Below, piece after piece: positions 54,264-63,376 of a stretch of DNA of 64,000 nucleotides. The notes beneath the pieces are model-generated. The model was not told the DNA's origin. It was given only the letters and a program-made list of their open reading frames with translations, and searched no databases. Where the stretch lies: the NCBI GenBank assembly GCA_029288615.1, contig JARIGV010000003.1:1068-65067 (forward strand), in the 5' to 3' direction. This DNA is from Candidatus Tayloriibacteriota bacterium (GTDB lineage: Bacteria; Patescibacteriota; Minisyncoccia; Phycocordibacterales; CAIRYW01). Position 1 is the stretch's first letter; each line of letters opens with the position of its first letter. Position numbers and translations under genes: made by a program.

Positions 54264-57200
54264 CTATTCTGTAGTCGCTTGATTATCTGGAGTATTTGAA
54301 ACTTGCTCACTCTGTGAATCATCTTGTACTGGGGTTTGAGAAGAATCAGGTGTTGATGTTGCTACAACCTCGGGAGTTGAGGTACTCAAAGTATCTGGCG
54401 AAACACTCATGATATCTGGAGTCGACGTTGATTCCTCAGTAGATGATGTCGCATCTTTAAAAGAAGAAGGTGCTATGTTTTGTTTCGAAAGAAGCTCCTG
54501 AAGTTCTTTTTCAGTGACACATGTGTCACCCACACACAATTTACTTGTATCCACTTCATGAGCAAAAATTTTGTCGAAAATTCCCTCCGCCAATGTATTC
54601 ACCTTCGCATAAAGCTCTTTCACCGCTTCAATGATTACAGCGGTAAGATGTGTGTAATCAAGAGTGTAGTAACCATTTGGTGCCAAATGTACCAAATCTG
54701 GGAATTGCTTTGCCACATCTTGTGCAATAAGACCATAATTTTTAGTTTGTCCGTTCATCATCGGATACATAGAAAGATACGTGCTATTCCAATTGAATGT
54801 CACTGCATCAAGCGCTGTGAGTTTATCGAGAGTCGATGTCGTATCTGATGCGACTGCAAGATTTGTAATATTTGTTTTAAGTCTCATATCTGAGAAAGAG
54901 CTCATACATCCATTTGAAAACTGTGAACAAATATCACCTGATGCAAAAATATCTCCGCCGACATCAAGCTTGTGAGTTGGCGACAAAACGCCAACTCCAA
55001 GATTTCCCGATGTTGTAAGGACCAATTGCGAACCAGTCGCATCATCTGCCCCTCCCCACATACCACTGACCGACAGCGCACTACTTGCTTTTGTAATGAA
55101 AACATTTCCAGAAGGACCATTGTTATCATTCACCAAAGGAAAATAACGAGTCGGAATGTCTTCGCCACTATCCATATGAACACTTAGATTGCCAAGATTG
55201 TGGTTAATAATAATGGCATTATTGAAATTACTTGCGGTACCAATAATAGTGACGGGATCAATTTCAACAGCGTAATGACCACTCGCCACACTATTATCAC
55301 TATCAAATTCAAACACTGTTGATCGACTACCATCACTTACTGTCACTGTGTCGCCGTCAGCGGGCTGAGTATTAATTTTTATTGATCCTCGTGCGGGTGC
55401 AGCCACACTTGTTACAGAATTCGGCATACCAGCATTGAAAGTAAGATTGCCATTAGAATTTCCAATTGCTCCATTTACATCGAGAGCATACGCAGGTGTT
55501 GCAGTACCAATACCAATATTTTCTCCTCCGGTGTATGTCACATATGTTCCATCATCTGTAAAAGGCGAAGTGCTTGCTGCTTTGCCATCAGAAAAGAGCG
55601 AGCCGTTATGATAAATATTTCCCGTGAAATTAATGTCTCCGCTCACATCAAGATTAAATCCAGGCGCAACATTATTCACACCAACAAATCCATTCGATAC
55701 CGTAAGCGGATGTACGACACCATCACTTGGCAGTGCCATGTGATCTGCAGGAATTATTTGGAGTGATTGGTTATTGCTCTCCCATGAAAGATGCAAACAC
55801 TCTCCCGTCGCATCAGAACCTACATAATGCTCGATCTTTATTGCAGTCCATTTATTTTTTACAAGATTTACCGTCGCGGTGTGTGCTGTACATGTCGCCT
55901 GGTCATTCCAGTCGTCGATCACCAAATTTCCATCAATCCACAAACGCACTCCATCGTCGGCGCTCAAATGAATCGTATACGTTTCGCTATAGTCTGCTTT
56001 GATAAATCCAGAGATATTTCCAGCGTAATTATTTTCTACACCTTGTGGAGCATAATCATCGACGTCGACTGGACCAAATTGCGTTGAAAGGATCATGCCG
56101 CCGATTTCAGGATTTGATCCTCCATACCAAAATGAATAGAGTCCGCCGACGTTACCGACAAATGATGTATTTGTTACTCCAAAAGTTCCATACACATCGA
56201 GTTTATGTAGTGGTGTTGTTGTACCGATACCGACATTTCCATTTCCTTTAAATGTCACATTTGGTGTGAAAGTACTTGAATCTCCGCCATAGCCAAATTG
56301 CATATCAGAACTCGAAGTGTCTGTGTACATCTGGAGCAAATAATTTTGGATTCCAAAACCATATGCTGCACCTGGAGCACCATCATACAAAGCAATCTTG
56401 TTACCGAGTGCGCTACCAAGAGAAAGTTTTGCGTTGGGGCTATTCGTACCAATACCAACATTCTCATTGCCGTTGTAATACACATTACTGTTATCATCCG
56501 TAAATGGTGATGATCCGCCGCCAGTAAAAGCCACACCATTTTGATAAAGGTTTCCTGAAAAATTCACATCACCATCAACATTGAGAGCATATGAACCCGC
56601 ATTCGTGCCAATACCAACTCCAGTACCAAAAAATCCCGTTCCATGCACCTGCAAATCCTCGCCATTTCCTGTACCCGTATTGTTGTCACCACCCCAAGCA
56701 TTTCCAACAAGAACATTTCCGTTTGTTGTCACCATAAATGGGAAACTTTCATCTCCACCGCCACCTGTGTGTCCTGGTGTATCGTACACAACAGACATCA
56801 CAGGTTTACCGTCTCGCGCATCAAACCGAAGAATGGAACCACCGAGACTTGTATCGCGATCTCCAAACTGTGCGAAGTTGAGTCCAAGATTGAGAGTCTG
56901 TCTATTTGATTCATCGTTCAAACCATCTCCGATAAATCCTCCGCGCAAATTTCCAATCGTACTTGGAGTTATATAAAAAGCATTTGCTTGTGTTATTCCG
57001 TTTACATCAAGTGACTCTGTCGGATTATTCGTGCCAATACCGACATAGTTACCTCCGTTGTAATAAACTTCTGTACCATCATCGATGAACGGCGAAGAAC
57101 TCGCGCCGAGTCCTGCATACAGCTCACCATTTTTATAAAGATTTCCTGTGAAATTAATGTCGCCGTTGACATCAAGATTGAAAAAAGGATGATCAGTACC

Positions 57201-58190
57201 AATACCGACATTTCCAAATGGAGTAAGTCTCATGATTTCTCTCAAACCAAAATCTCCCCACTCTCCCTGATTTGTACTGAACGCTAGCCCTGCTCCGCCA
57301 GGAGCGTATGCTACAGATTGAATACTTGCAGCCGGGTCAGCAAAAAAGGGCACATTCGTATCACGGAAAGCAATATTTGAACCTTCGTTGTCAGATCCAA
57401 AATTACTTTGAAGTGTAAGCAGTGTATTCTGGCCGCTAGATGTTGTTGCAATATCTAGCATCGATAATGGATTCGTCGTACCGATGCCGACAAATCCATT
57501 ATTCACGATATTCATCACAGGATTTCCATTTGTCGCAAAGACAATTTGTCCTTCGCCATTGAGATCACTGTCTGCTGCAAAAGAAAGATCGTCAGGAGTT
57601 GTGATACCCGTTGTTGTCGATGCAGATGTACCCATGAAAGTACCGTCCGGAAAATAAAGACCGTTGCCAAGTCCAGAAATTTTTAGATTACCGTTTACAT
57701 CAAGTGTGGCAGTTGGATTTGTCGTGCCAATACCAACACTTCCATTTGTATATGTCAGCACTCCTTCACCTTGATCTGTCCACTGACTTCCAGAAAAAGG
57801 AGTTCCGTTTTGGTAGAGAGTTCCTGTGAAATTGATATCGCCGTTTACATCAAGATTGTAGTTTGGCGCATTATTTCCAATACCCACAAACCCGTCGTTG
57901 TAATAAATACTTCCCTCGTTGTTTGACCATTGTGAAGAAATTGGCAGTGTTACTGTACAGTTATCTTCCGTCGGCGCACATTCTGGGTTTAGAGTTTCAC
58001 CAGGATTATACGGACTATTATTCCATGCTGCGGAAGCCCGAAAAGGCGTAAAAAGTATAAAAAATAAAAGTGAGAATATGAGTACTAAATGCTCTTTTTT
58101 GGGCATGTATCGAGTGCGAGAAAGTTTTTTCAAAAAACACCGAAGACACTTCTTCGGCCGGTCATCATGGGTTTTCTTTCGCAAGCTCAA
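54264..58190 (-). CDS. Giant (1308-aa) secreted surface protein: tail-fibre-like G(N)VGIGT/DVNGDINFTGxLYxNG repeats, PA14 domain, C-terminal peptidase-S74 intramolecular-chaperone domain, S/T/P-rich tail
   Basis: Signal/TM at the N-terminus; eight or more copies of the short repeat pair. PA14-like block ...GFIKADYSETYTIHLSADDGVRLWIDGNLVIDDW... (about nt 55700-55975). S74-like block SFSDMRLKTNITNL...LDAVTFNW...GLIAQDVAKQFPDLV...LDYTHLTAVIIEAVKEL (about nt 54545-54880). Acidic S/T/P-rich C-terminus. Confidence 0.7.
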   Translation of the reverse strand: MSLRKKTHDDRPKKCLRCFLKKLSRTRYMPKKEHLVLIFSLLFFILFTPFRASAAWNNSPYNPGETLNPECAPTEDNCTVTLPISSQWSNNEGSIYYNDGFVGIGNNAPNYNLDVNGDINFTGTLYQNGTPFSGSQWTDQGEGVLTYTNGSVGIGTTNPTATLDVNGNLKISGLGNGLYFPDGTFMGTSASTTTGITTPDDLSFAADSDLNGEGQIVFATNGNPVMNIVNNGFVGIGTTNPLSMLDIATTSSGQNTLLTLQSNFGSDNEGSNIAFRDTNVPFFADPAASIQSVAYAPGGAGLAFSTNQGEWGDFGLREIMRLTPFGNVGIGTDHPFFNLDVNGDINFTGNLYKNGELYAGLGASSSPFIDDGTEVYYNGGNYVGIGTNNPTESLDVNGITQANAFYITPSTIGNLRGGFIGDGLNDESNRQTLNLGLNFAQFGDRDTSLGGSILRFDARDGKPVMSVVYDTPGHTGGGGDESFPFMVTTNGNVLVGNAWGGDNNTGTGNGEDLQVHGTGFFGTGVGIGTNAGSYALNVDGDVNFSGNLYQNGVAFTGGGSSPFTDDNSNVYYNGNENVGIGTNSPNAKLSLGSALGNKIALYDGAPGAAYGFGIQNYLLQMYTDTSSSDMQFGYGGDSSTFTPNVTFKGNGNVGIGTTTPLHKLDVYGTFGVTNTSFVGNVGGLYSFWYGGSNPEIGGMILSTQFGPVDVDDYAPQGVENNYAGNISGFIKADYSETYTIHLSADDGVRLWIDGNLVIDDWNDQATCTAHTATVNLVKNKWTAIKIEHYVGSDATGECLHLSWESNNQSLQIIPADHMALPSDGVVHPLTVSNGFVGVNNVAPGFNLDVSGDINFTGNIYHNGSLFSDGKAASTSPFTDDGTYVTYTGGENIGIGTATPAYALDVNGAIGNSNGNLTFNAGMPNSVTSVAAPARGSIKINTQPADGDTVTVSDGSRSTVFEFDSDNSVASGHYAVEIDPVTIIGTASNFNNAIIINHNLGNLSVHMDSGEDIPTRYFPLVNDNNGPSGNVFITKASSALSVSGMWGGADDATGSQLVLTTSGNLGVGVLSPTHKLDVGGDIFASGDICSQFSNGCMSSFSDMRLKTNITNLAVASDTTSTLDKLTALDAVTFNWNSTYLSMYPMMNGQTKNYGLIAQDVAKQFPDLVHLAPNGYYTLDYTHLTAVIIEAVKELYAKVNTLAEGIFDKIFAHEVDTSKLCVGDTCVTEKELQELLSKQNIAPSSFKDATSSTEESTSTPDIMSVSPDTLSTSTPEVVATSTPDSSQTPVQDDSQSEQVSNTPDNQATTE

Positions 58191-58258
58191 CTATTATTTT
58201 AGCCCAAAAAACTCCTTAAAGCACGAGCTTTTTCCCCACTTTCCTTAACAAATACAAA

Positions 58259-58963
58259 CTATTTCTTTCCAGTAGCGATTTTTCGCAAAGTTTCTCGAAT
58301 TGCGATCTTCGGAAGCGATATTTTATTCGCTTCTACATAGTTCGCGATCTCTTTTTTAAAATTCTTTACACCCATGCGAAGCACCCACGAAACTGCTTTC
58401 GTAATAACGATTGGCTTCTCATGTTTAAGAGCTTCAACAATGCCAAGTGAAAAGTCGAGCACTCGCTTTTCTTTAGAGAAATTCAAAGGCTTCACCAGAT
58501 ACACCAATGCAGCACGACGCTTATTGATATTTTTATCTTTCGAGAGTTTTAAAATAAACCTCTCCCACTCTTTCCACCTCTCTATCATTTCTTCGCCTGT
58601 ATAAATTCCCGAGCAGAAAGAATCAATCTCTGCCCAGCCCACAAGTCCGTTTAGCCAGCGGTCTAAATCCGCAAACCGGACTTCCTTTCTCATATACGGA
58701 GAATATTCCAAAAGCATGCTCGCTAGTGTCTTTTCATCATATGAATGCCCGTCATAAAGCTCATCTACAAATGAAAGAAAATCTTTTTTTGAAATATCTC
58801 TGTTTTCCTTAAGCCAGCTCTTTGCGAGTACGCGGCGCTCCGGCACCGTAAACCCATAATAATAATGGGTACTCAAAAGATATCTTTCATTGTCGAAAAA
58901 AGTCTCCTTTGGCTTTCTGCTTTTAAAATGACTTATTATTTTTTTATGATGCGCTGACGACAT
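58259..58963 (-). CDS. DNA alkylation repair protein (AlkD/AlkC-like HEAT-repeat glycosylase family)
   Basis: 234 aa, all-alpha, HEAT-like; conserved ...KSWLKENRD... / ...WAEIDSFC... regions characteristic of the DNA_alkylation family. Confidence 0.6.
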   Translation of the reverse strand: MSSAHHKKIISHFKSRKPKETFFDNERYLLSTHYYYGFTVPERRVLAKSWLKENRDISKKDFLSFVDELYDGHSYDEKTLASMLLEYSPYMRKEVRFADLDRWLNGLVGWAEIDSFCSGIYTGEEMIERWKEWERFILKLSKDKNINKRRAALVYLVKPLNFSKEKRVLDFSLGIVEALKHEKPIVITKAVSWVLRMGVKNFKKEIANYVEANKISLPKIAIRETLRKIATGKK

Positions 58964-59402
58964 TTTCTATATAAAACTTTTCATTTCTTCGAAGCTCCGC
59001 TCGGCATTTTTTCCAGTCAGGAACAGTCCGCGCTACCAAATCCCAAAACTTTTCAGAGTGATTGAACTCTCCCAAATGACAAAGCTCATGGACGATGATG
59101 TAGTCGGAAAGTTTTAGAGGTAGCAGTGCGATCTTATAATTGAAATTTATATTCCCCTTTGCAGAACAGCTTCCCCAGCGCGACACTTGAGCTTTGATGA
59201 AGATCCGATTCCATTTAAATCCATAAAATTGGTTGAAATATTCAAGACGTCTGAGAGCAAGCTCTCGCGCGGCCTCTCTGTATTTTGCGAGCTCTTCTTT
59301 TGTCTTTTTGCTCTGCTTTCTTGGCTTCCTTGCACGCCTCCGCCGCACAATTCGTACCCTTTTTCTTCGAATGATCCACTTAAACATGCGAGTATCATAC
59401 AC
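58944..59402 (-). CDS. YgjP-like metal-dependent hydrolase (DUF45/M48-like; HExxH)
   Basis: ...YIIVHELCHLGEFNHSEKFW... zinc motif; basic N-terminus. The upstream part of the track ORF may be an over-extension. Confidence 0.6.
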   Translation of the reverse strand: MYDTRMFKWIIRRKRVRIVRRRRARKPRKQSKKTKEELAKYREAARELALRRLEYFNQFYGFKWNRIFIKAQVSRWGSCSAKGNINFNYKIALLPLKLSDYIIVHELCHLGEFNHSEKFWDLVARTVPDWKKCRAELRRNEKFYIENVVSAS

Positions 59403-59452
59403 GATTGACCAACGCTTAAAAAACTGTAATCTCGAGAGTAGTCAATCGATCT

Positions 59453-59911
59453 ATGAATAAATTCCCGTTTCTTCCTACAGCACAGCCTGGAACACTTCCA
59501 ATCTACTCCACCACAAAACCCTCAAAGACCTTCACTGACGTGCTCTTCCGGGCTTCCGGACGATCCTCATCATGCATATGCGACCTCTGCGGGCGAATGC
59601 ATTTTGACACTGAGGGTGAAGGCATGGAGGATGAAGAGTATGCAGGCTGGCTTACCAATCAAAAAAGCGAACCCGAGCGGTATATCGGGACTGACGGCGG
59701 ACCCTCGCATGTCATCTTCGCTGGAGTTACAGTCATCTACGACTGCCCCTGCAATGTACTTCGCCCTTTTGAAGAGTTGTTCCTCAACCATCCTGGACTG
59801 ATCTGCGGATTGATCTTCGAGACCTCGAAGGAACGCCTGCGAGTCGCAAGCCGTGACAATCAAAATGCAGCGACGGCATTCGAGGCACTCAAACTTCTCC
59901 AGACAGTATAA
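59453..59911 (+). CDS. Hypothetical Cys-containing protein (higher GC)
   Basis: 152-aa ORF with CICDLCGR ... CPCN (possible zinc ribbon). An alternative 116-aa ORF lies on the opposite strand (59570..59920). Confidence 0.3.
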   Translation: MNKFPFLPTAQPGTLPIYSTTKPSKTFTDVLFRASGRSSSCICDLCGRMHFDTEGEGMEDEEYAGWLTNQKSEPERYIGTDGGPSHVIFAGVTVIYDCPCNVLRPFEELFLNHPGLICGLIFETSKERLRVASRDNQNAATAFEALKLLQTV

Positions 59912-59952
59912 TCGCGTCATCGACGCGAATTTTTATTTAATGAATATAAAAA

Positions 59953-59971
59953 ATGACGCCCTTGGCGTCAT
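59953..59971 (-). terminator. Hairpin (atgacgcc-ctt-ggcgtcat) preceded by A5 on the plus strand (= T5 after the hairpin on the minus strand)
   Basis: 8-bp perfect stem. Oriented to terminate a minus-strand transcript, but the nearest minus-strand gene 5' of it is only a gene fragment (see the pseudogene at 60080..60163). Confidence 0.5.
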
Positions 59972-60079
59972 TTAGAAAACTATTTCTTGTTCTTCTTTGG
60001 TTTCTTCTTTTCTTTTTTGTGTCCGTCTCCTTTTGCCATAATTATTTTTTATTGCTCTTAAACTAACATAGTTATTTTA

Positions 60080-60163
60080 TCATCTTTCTAAGAGTTCTAC
60101 TTCATATCCATCAGGGTCCGTAATGAAAGCCATCTTACGCTCTCCTTTTTGGAATTTTTCTCG
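60080..60163 (-). pseudogene. 3'-terminal remnant of a VOC/glyoxalase-I-like gene (encodes ...REKFQKGERKMAFITDPDGYEVELLER*)
   Basis: Reverse-strand reading frame bounded by in-frame stops at 60164-60166 and 60080-60082. Peptide matches the conserved C-terminus of glyoxalase I-type VOC proteins (AFxxDPDGYxIELxE). No upstream coding sequence remains; the helicase island begins immediately 5' of it. Confidence 0.5.
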
Positions 60164-60318
60164 TCAGTCGTCAGGCAACTGAGCAAAAAAAAGGGGGGTA
60201 AAGAAACACTGAAGCAGAGCACTGCGTAGTGCCAGATTACCTTATCATATCCTCCAACCTTAATTCTTGTGTGTAAAATTAGGCATTTTTATTTAAATAT
60301 TTGTTCTGGTTTGTTAAT

Positions 60319-63027
60319 TTATTCATTTAATTTTAGGAGCAATAACGCAATATCTTTCTTTGTATTTCTTTTTTCTAAGCCATTCAATATTTTATTTTCT
60401 GTTTCCGGAGTCCAATATATTTTTAGCTTCTCTTTTGCTCTCGTGATAGCTGTATAAAAAATATTATGTGTAACCATCTCCTCTATCTCATTAGTTATGA
60501 CAATTTTAACTGAATTGAATTCCAATCCTTGTGCCTTATGAATAGAGACAGCGTAAGAAACCTGGAATGGAACTATCGCTTTTGAAGATGATTCATCATC
60601 ATCTTCATCTGTACTAACATACATATTTACAGAAAAACGAATAATAGATTTACTTCCATCAGAAGTGTTACCAATTAACTGGAAGTCGTAGCCTTCGACA
60701 TCAAACTCATTTACTACCTTATCGATCTCAATGTCAAATTCAATTTTATTTGAGGTTTTTTTGATACCGACGATCTTACCCTTAAGGTTGTTATAAATAA
60801 GCGGTGAGTATCTGTTCATCTCATTGAACAGAACAGGATCTCCTATTTTGTAAGTATGCACGCCCCAATATATAGGGCTATTTTTATTATTACTCTGAAG
60901 GAATCTGTTGATGTTATTGATCCCATATAGACCGTCATAATTCAGACAGAGCACAATCTCGTCATCTTCAGCACTCACAAAGAAAGATTTGTCCAGCTTT
61001 ATGGAGTACTTATTCTTTGTAATATGTTCAAGAATATCATTTTCTATGTTTCTTACTTTATTCCAGAGAGTAATGAGCTTCTCGTTGGTACTTCGATATG
61101 GCTTAGTCAACTCAAATCTTGAGGTCTGAGGAACGAAAGATTGGGCTATGTTAAACCAATTTCCAAAGTTTATAGACTCAATCTGAAACACATCACCAAC
61201 CAGGACAAGAAGCTTGGAGTCTGCCTTTTCAAGTACCAATCGCATATCTGAATTACTGACGGTGCTACACTCATCAATGATCAATATATCGTAATCTGTA
61301 TCAGTATTTTTCAGTGAAATAAATTTACTGATTGTCTTATATGTGCAGTTAGCAGCTTGCACTTTTCTCCTAAGGTTGTCTACTGCGGGATTAGTATTTG
61401 CGAGATAAAGCTTCGTCTTATCATTAAAAAAGTTCGAGATGTGATTTATCATCGTCGACTTTCCCGTCCCTGCAGCACCGTACACCAATGCAACTTTTGA
61501 TTTTTCAAAAAGTTTTTTTAACGCATCCTTTTTCTCTTCGCAGTCAACGATGTGTGTGGATGTTTGAAGCCAAGAATCTATAGAATTTGAATAGTTTCTA
61601 ATACCTGAAGCAGAAAGATCGGTCAATTTTCTAATGATATATAACGCAGCTTCTTCATAACCTTTTATATATACATGGTCCTTAAACTTTTCCAACTTTC
61701 GATATTCATGTTTGAAATACAATAAAGAATTGTATTTCTCAATTAACATGTCGACATTTTTAAATCCTTTAGTTTCACTTATTGGAGTATAAAGCTGACC
61801 ATCAATCTCATTTTTATTCGTTATGAACTTTGCCAACATTTCATGTTCTCGTCCTGTCGCATCGATACAATCGAATAAGTCATGTATTCTTGGCTTATGA
61901 TTAAGCGGCGATGAATTAAAAGGCATTTCATCAAACGGGATACAGCCGTATTCCAGTTTTAAATTTGAAAGTTTGTCGCACTCATCAATACTGTACTGCT
62001 GTTTAATAATCTTATTATTAAGCCTATATAGGAGATATCTGGTTATATTTGTCCCTGGCTTCTTGGCTTTTATAAAAGCACGGACTTTATCCAATACGTC
62101 AAAGATATATTTAGTCTTTGCAGTACTAACTATCTTAGCCCTAACACTTTCGTAGTAATCATCTGACAAATCAATAAACTCTATAAGATTAAGTCCAGTC
62201 TTGGTCAAAAATCTCATCAGTTCCTTATACTCATTTGCATTTTGGATCTTAGGATCTTTTCCAAATATTTTTGCAAAATTATTCAACTCGCAAGGGCGAA
62301 TAGATACTTCCCAATCATTGATGATTTGAATGGGCATATTCTTGTCTATGATCTTAATATTGTCAGTAGTTAAGGACAGTTTAACTGCATAATTATCCGA
62401 AATATCTAACCTAGTGAAAGCGATCACTCTATCAAACTTACTTGTATTGTCGTTTGCGCGTGTAAAAGTAACTTCGTAGTAAACTTCGTAATTAACAAAA
62501 AAGGGCTTTATCTTCTGAATGTAAAATCTATCACTGTGAACACCTTTAGGGTCGACGGGTTTTAGTTGAATTATCTTTTCAGCGATCTTTTCGTGATACT
62601 CTTTGAGGACCGAGTCAGTATTCATTGGGAAAACATCTATATTCTTGAGCACTTCCAAGTCGTAAGTATTTTTTAGATACGACTTTATCTTCAACATATA
62701 CTCATAATACTTAAGCATCAATCTTTCTGAGTTTTCTTCGTCAGGGGTATAGTGAGAAATCGTCTTTTGAAGAAGCTTGTGAAAATTACTCAAAAATCGG
62801 AGTTCACCTCTAGTTTTAACGTAGGTTTCAGCTTTTTTTATATTCTCATATGAGTTGTCAAAATCTTGACCATTACTAAATGCTTTTAATGAGATGTGAT
62901 CAACAAAATTTCTAAGTTGTGACAAAATATTCTGCGACAATAACCCTCTCTCTGAAGTATCAAATCTGTCGATGTTGGCAGATATAGACTTGTCTATAGT
63001 TAAAATTTCTGTGTCAATCTTATTCAT
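60319..63027 (-). CDS. Large (902-aa) protein: uncharacterised approximately 500-aa N-terminal region fused to an SF1B (RecD/Pif1/Dda-like, AAA_30 + UvrD_C_2-type) helicase
   Basis: C-terminal half: Walker A GAAGTGKST, Walker B ILIIDECS, LVLVGDVFQIESI, TKPYRS, SIHKAQGLEFNSV, YTAITRAKEKL. N-terminal half: K/N/I/Y-rich, no motif recognised. The gene and its flanks (about 60170-63100) are markedly more AT-rich than neighbouring genes. Confidence 0.7.
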   Translation of the reverse strand: MNKIDTEILTIDKSISANIDRFDTSERGLLSQNILSQLRNFVDHISLKAFSNGQDFDNSYENIKKAETYVKTRGELRFLSNFHKLLQKTISHYTPDEENSERLMLKYYEYMLKIKSYLKNTYDLEVLKNIDVFPMNTDSVLKEYHEKIAEKIIQLKPVDPKGVHSDRFYIQKIKPFFVNYEVYYEVTFTRANDNTSKFDRVIAFTRLDISDNYAVKLSLTTDNIKIIDKNMPIQIINDWEVSIRPCELNNFAKIFGKDPKIQNANEYKELMRFLTKTGLNLIEFIDLSDDYYESVRAKIVSTAKTKYIFDVLDKVRAFIKAKKPGTNITRYLLYRLNNKIIKQQYSIDECDKLSNLKLEYGCIPFDEMPFNSSPLNHKPRIHDLFDCIDATGREHEMLAKFITNKNEIDGQLYTPISETKGFKNVDMLIEKYNSLLYFKHEYRKLEKFKDHVYIKGYEEAALYIIRKLTDLSASGIRNYSNSIDSWLQTSTHIVDCEEKKDALKKLFEKSKVALVYGAAGTGKSTMINHISNFFNDKTKLYLANTNPAVDNLRRKVQAANCTYKTISKFISLKNTDTDYDILIIDECSTVSNSDMRLVLEKADSKLLVLVGDVFQIESINFGNWFNIAQSFVPQTSRFELTKPYRSTNEKLITLWNKVRNIENDILEHITKNKYSIKLDKSFFVSAEDDEIVLCLNYDGLYGINNINRFLQSNNKNSPIYWGVHTYKIGDPVLFNEMNRYSPLIYNNLKGKIVGIKKTSNKIEFDIEIDKVVNEFDVEGYDFQLIGNTSDGSKSIIRFSVNMYVSTDEDDDESSSKAIVPFQVSYAVSIHKAQGLEFNSVKIVITNEIEEMVTHNIFYTAITRAKEKLKIYWTPETENKILNGLEKRNTKKDIALLLLKLNE

Positions 63028-63110
63028 GATTTGGAATTATGTTTGTACACTACCATACAAAGTTGAAGAAAAAATGAAGAAAAGATAAAGTAGGACTTGG
63101 CAAGATCCTT

Positions 63111-63314
63111 ATGTTTAAAGCTCCCAACAAGGCCACTGTAGAGCCTGAATCTACATCTCAAACAAAGCCTTCAACTTTTTTTGAAGACCTGGAGAAACGA
63201 CTCCGGAGCCCGGAATATATCGCTTCTGTCGAGGAGATTCGGCGGCGGCAATGGGAAGATTTCGCTCGAGGTGAGCGGGAGTTTGAGGAATGGTGTGGCA
63301 AACCAGATCGCTAA
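63111..63314 (+). CDS. Hypothetical small acidic protein
   Basis: 67-aa ORF, GC-richer than the adjacent island. No motifs. Confidence 0.3.
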   Translation: MFKAPNKATVEPESTSQTKPSTFFEDLEKRLRSPEYIASVEEIRRRQWEDFARGEREFEEWCGKPDR

Positions 63315-63376
63315 GGCACTTTGTGCCTATTTTTTATAAATGTACTTGGGAGTTGATAAAAAAACCGAAAGGTGTA

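Noticed and set aside
59982-60041. 19-codon minus-strand sORF encoding MAKGDGHKKEKKKPKKNKK between the VOC remnant and the orphan terminator
   Set aside because: No ribosome-binding site, extreme low complexity, most likely a chance ORF in A/T-rich DNA.
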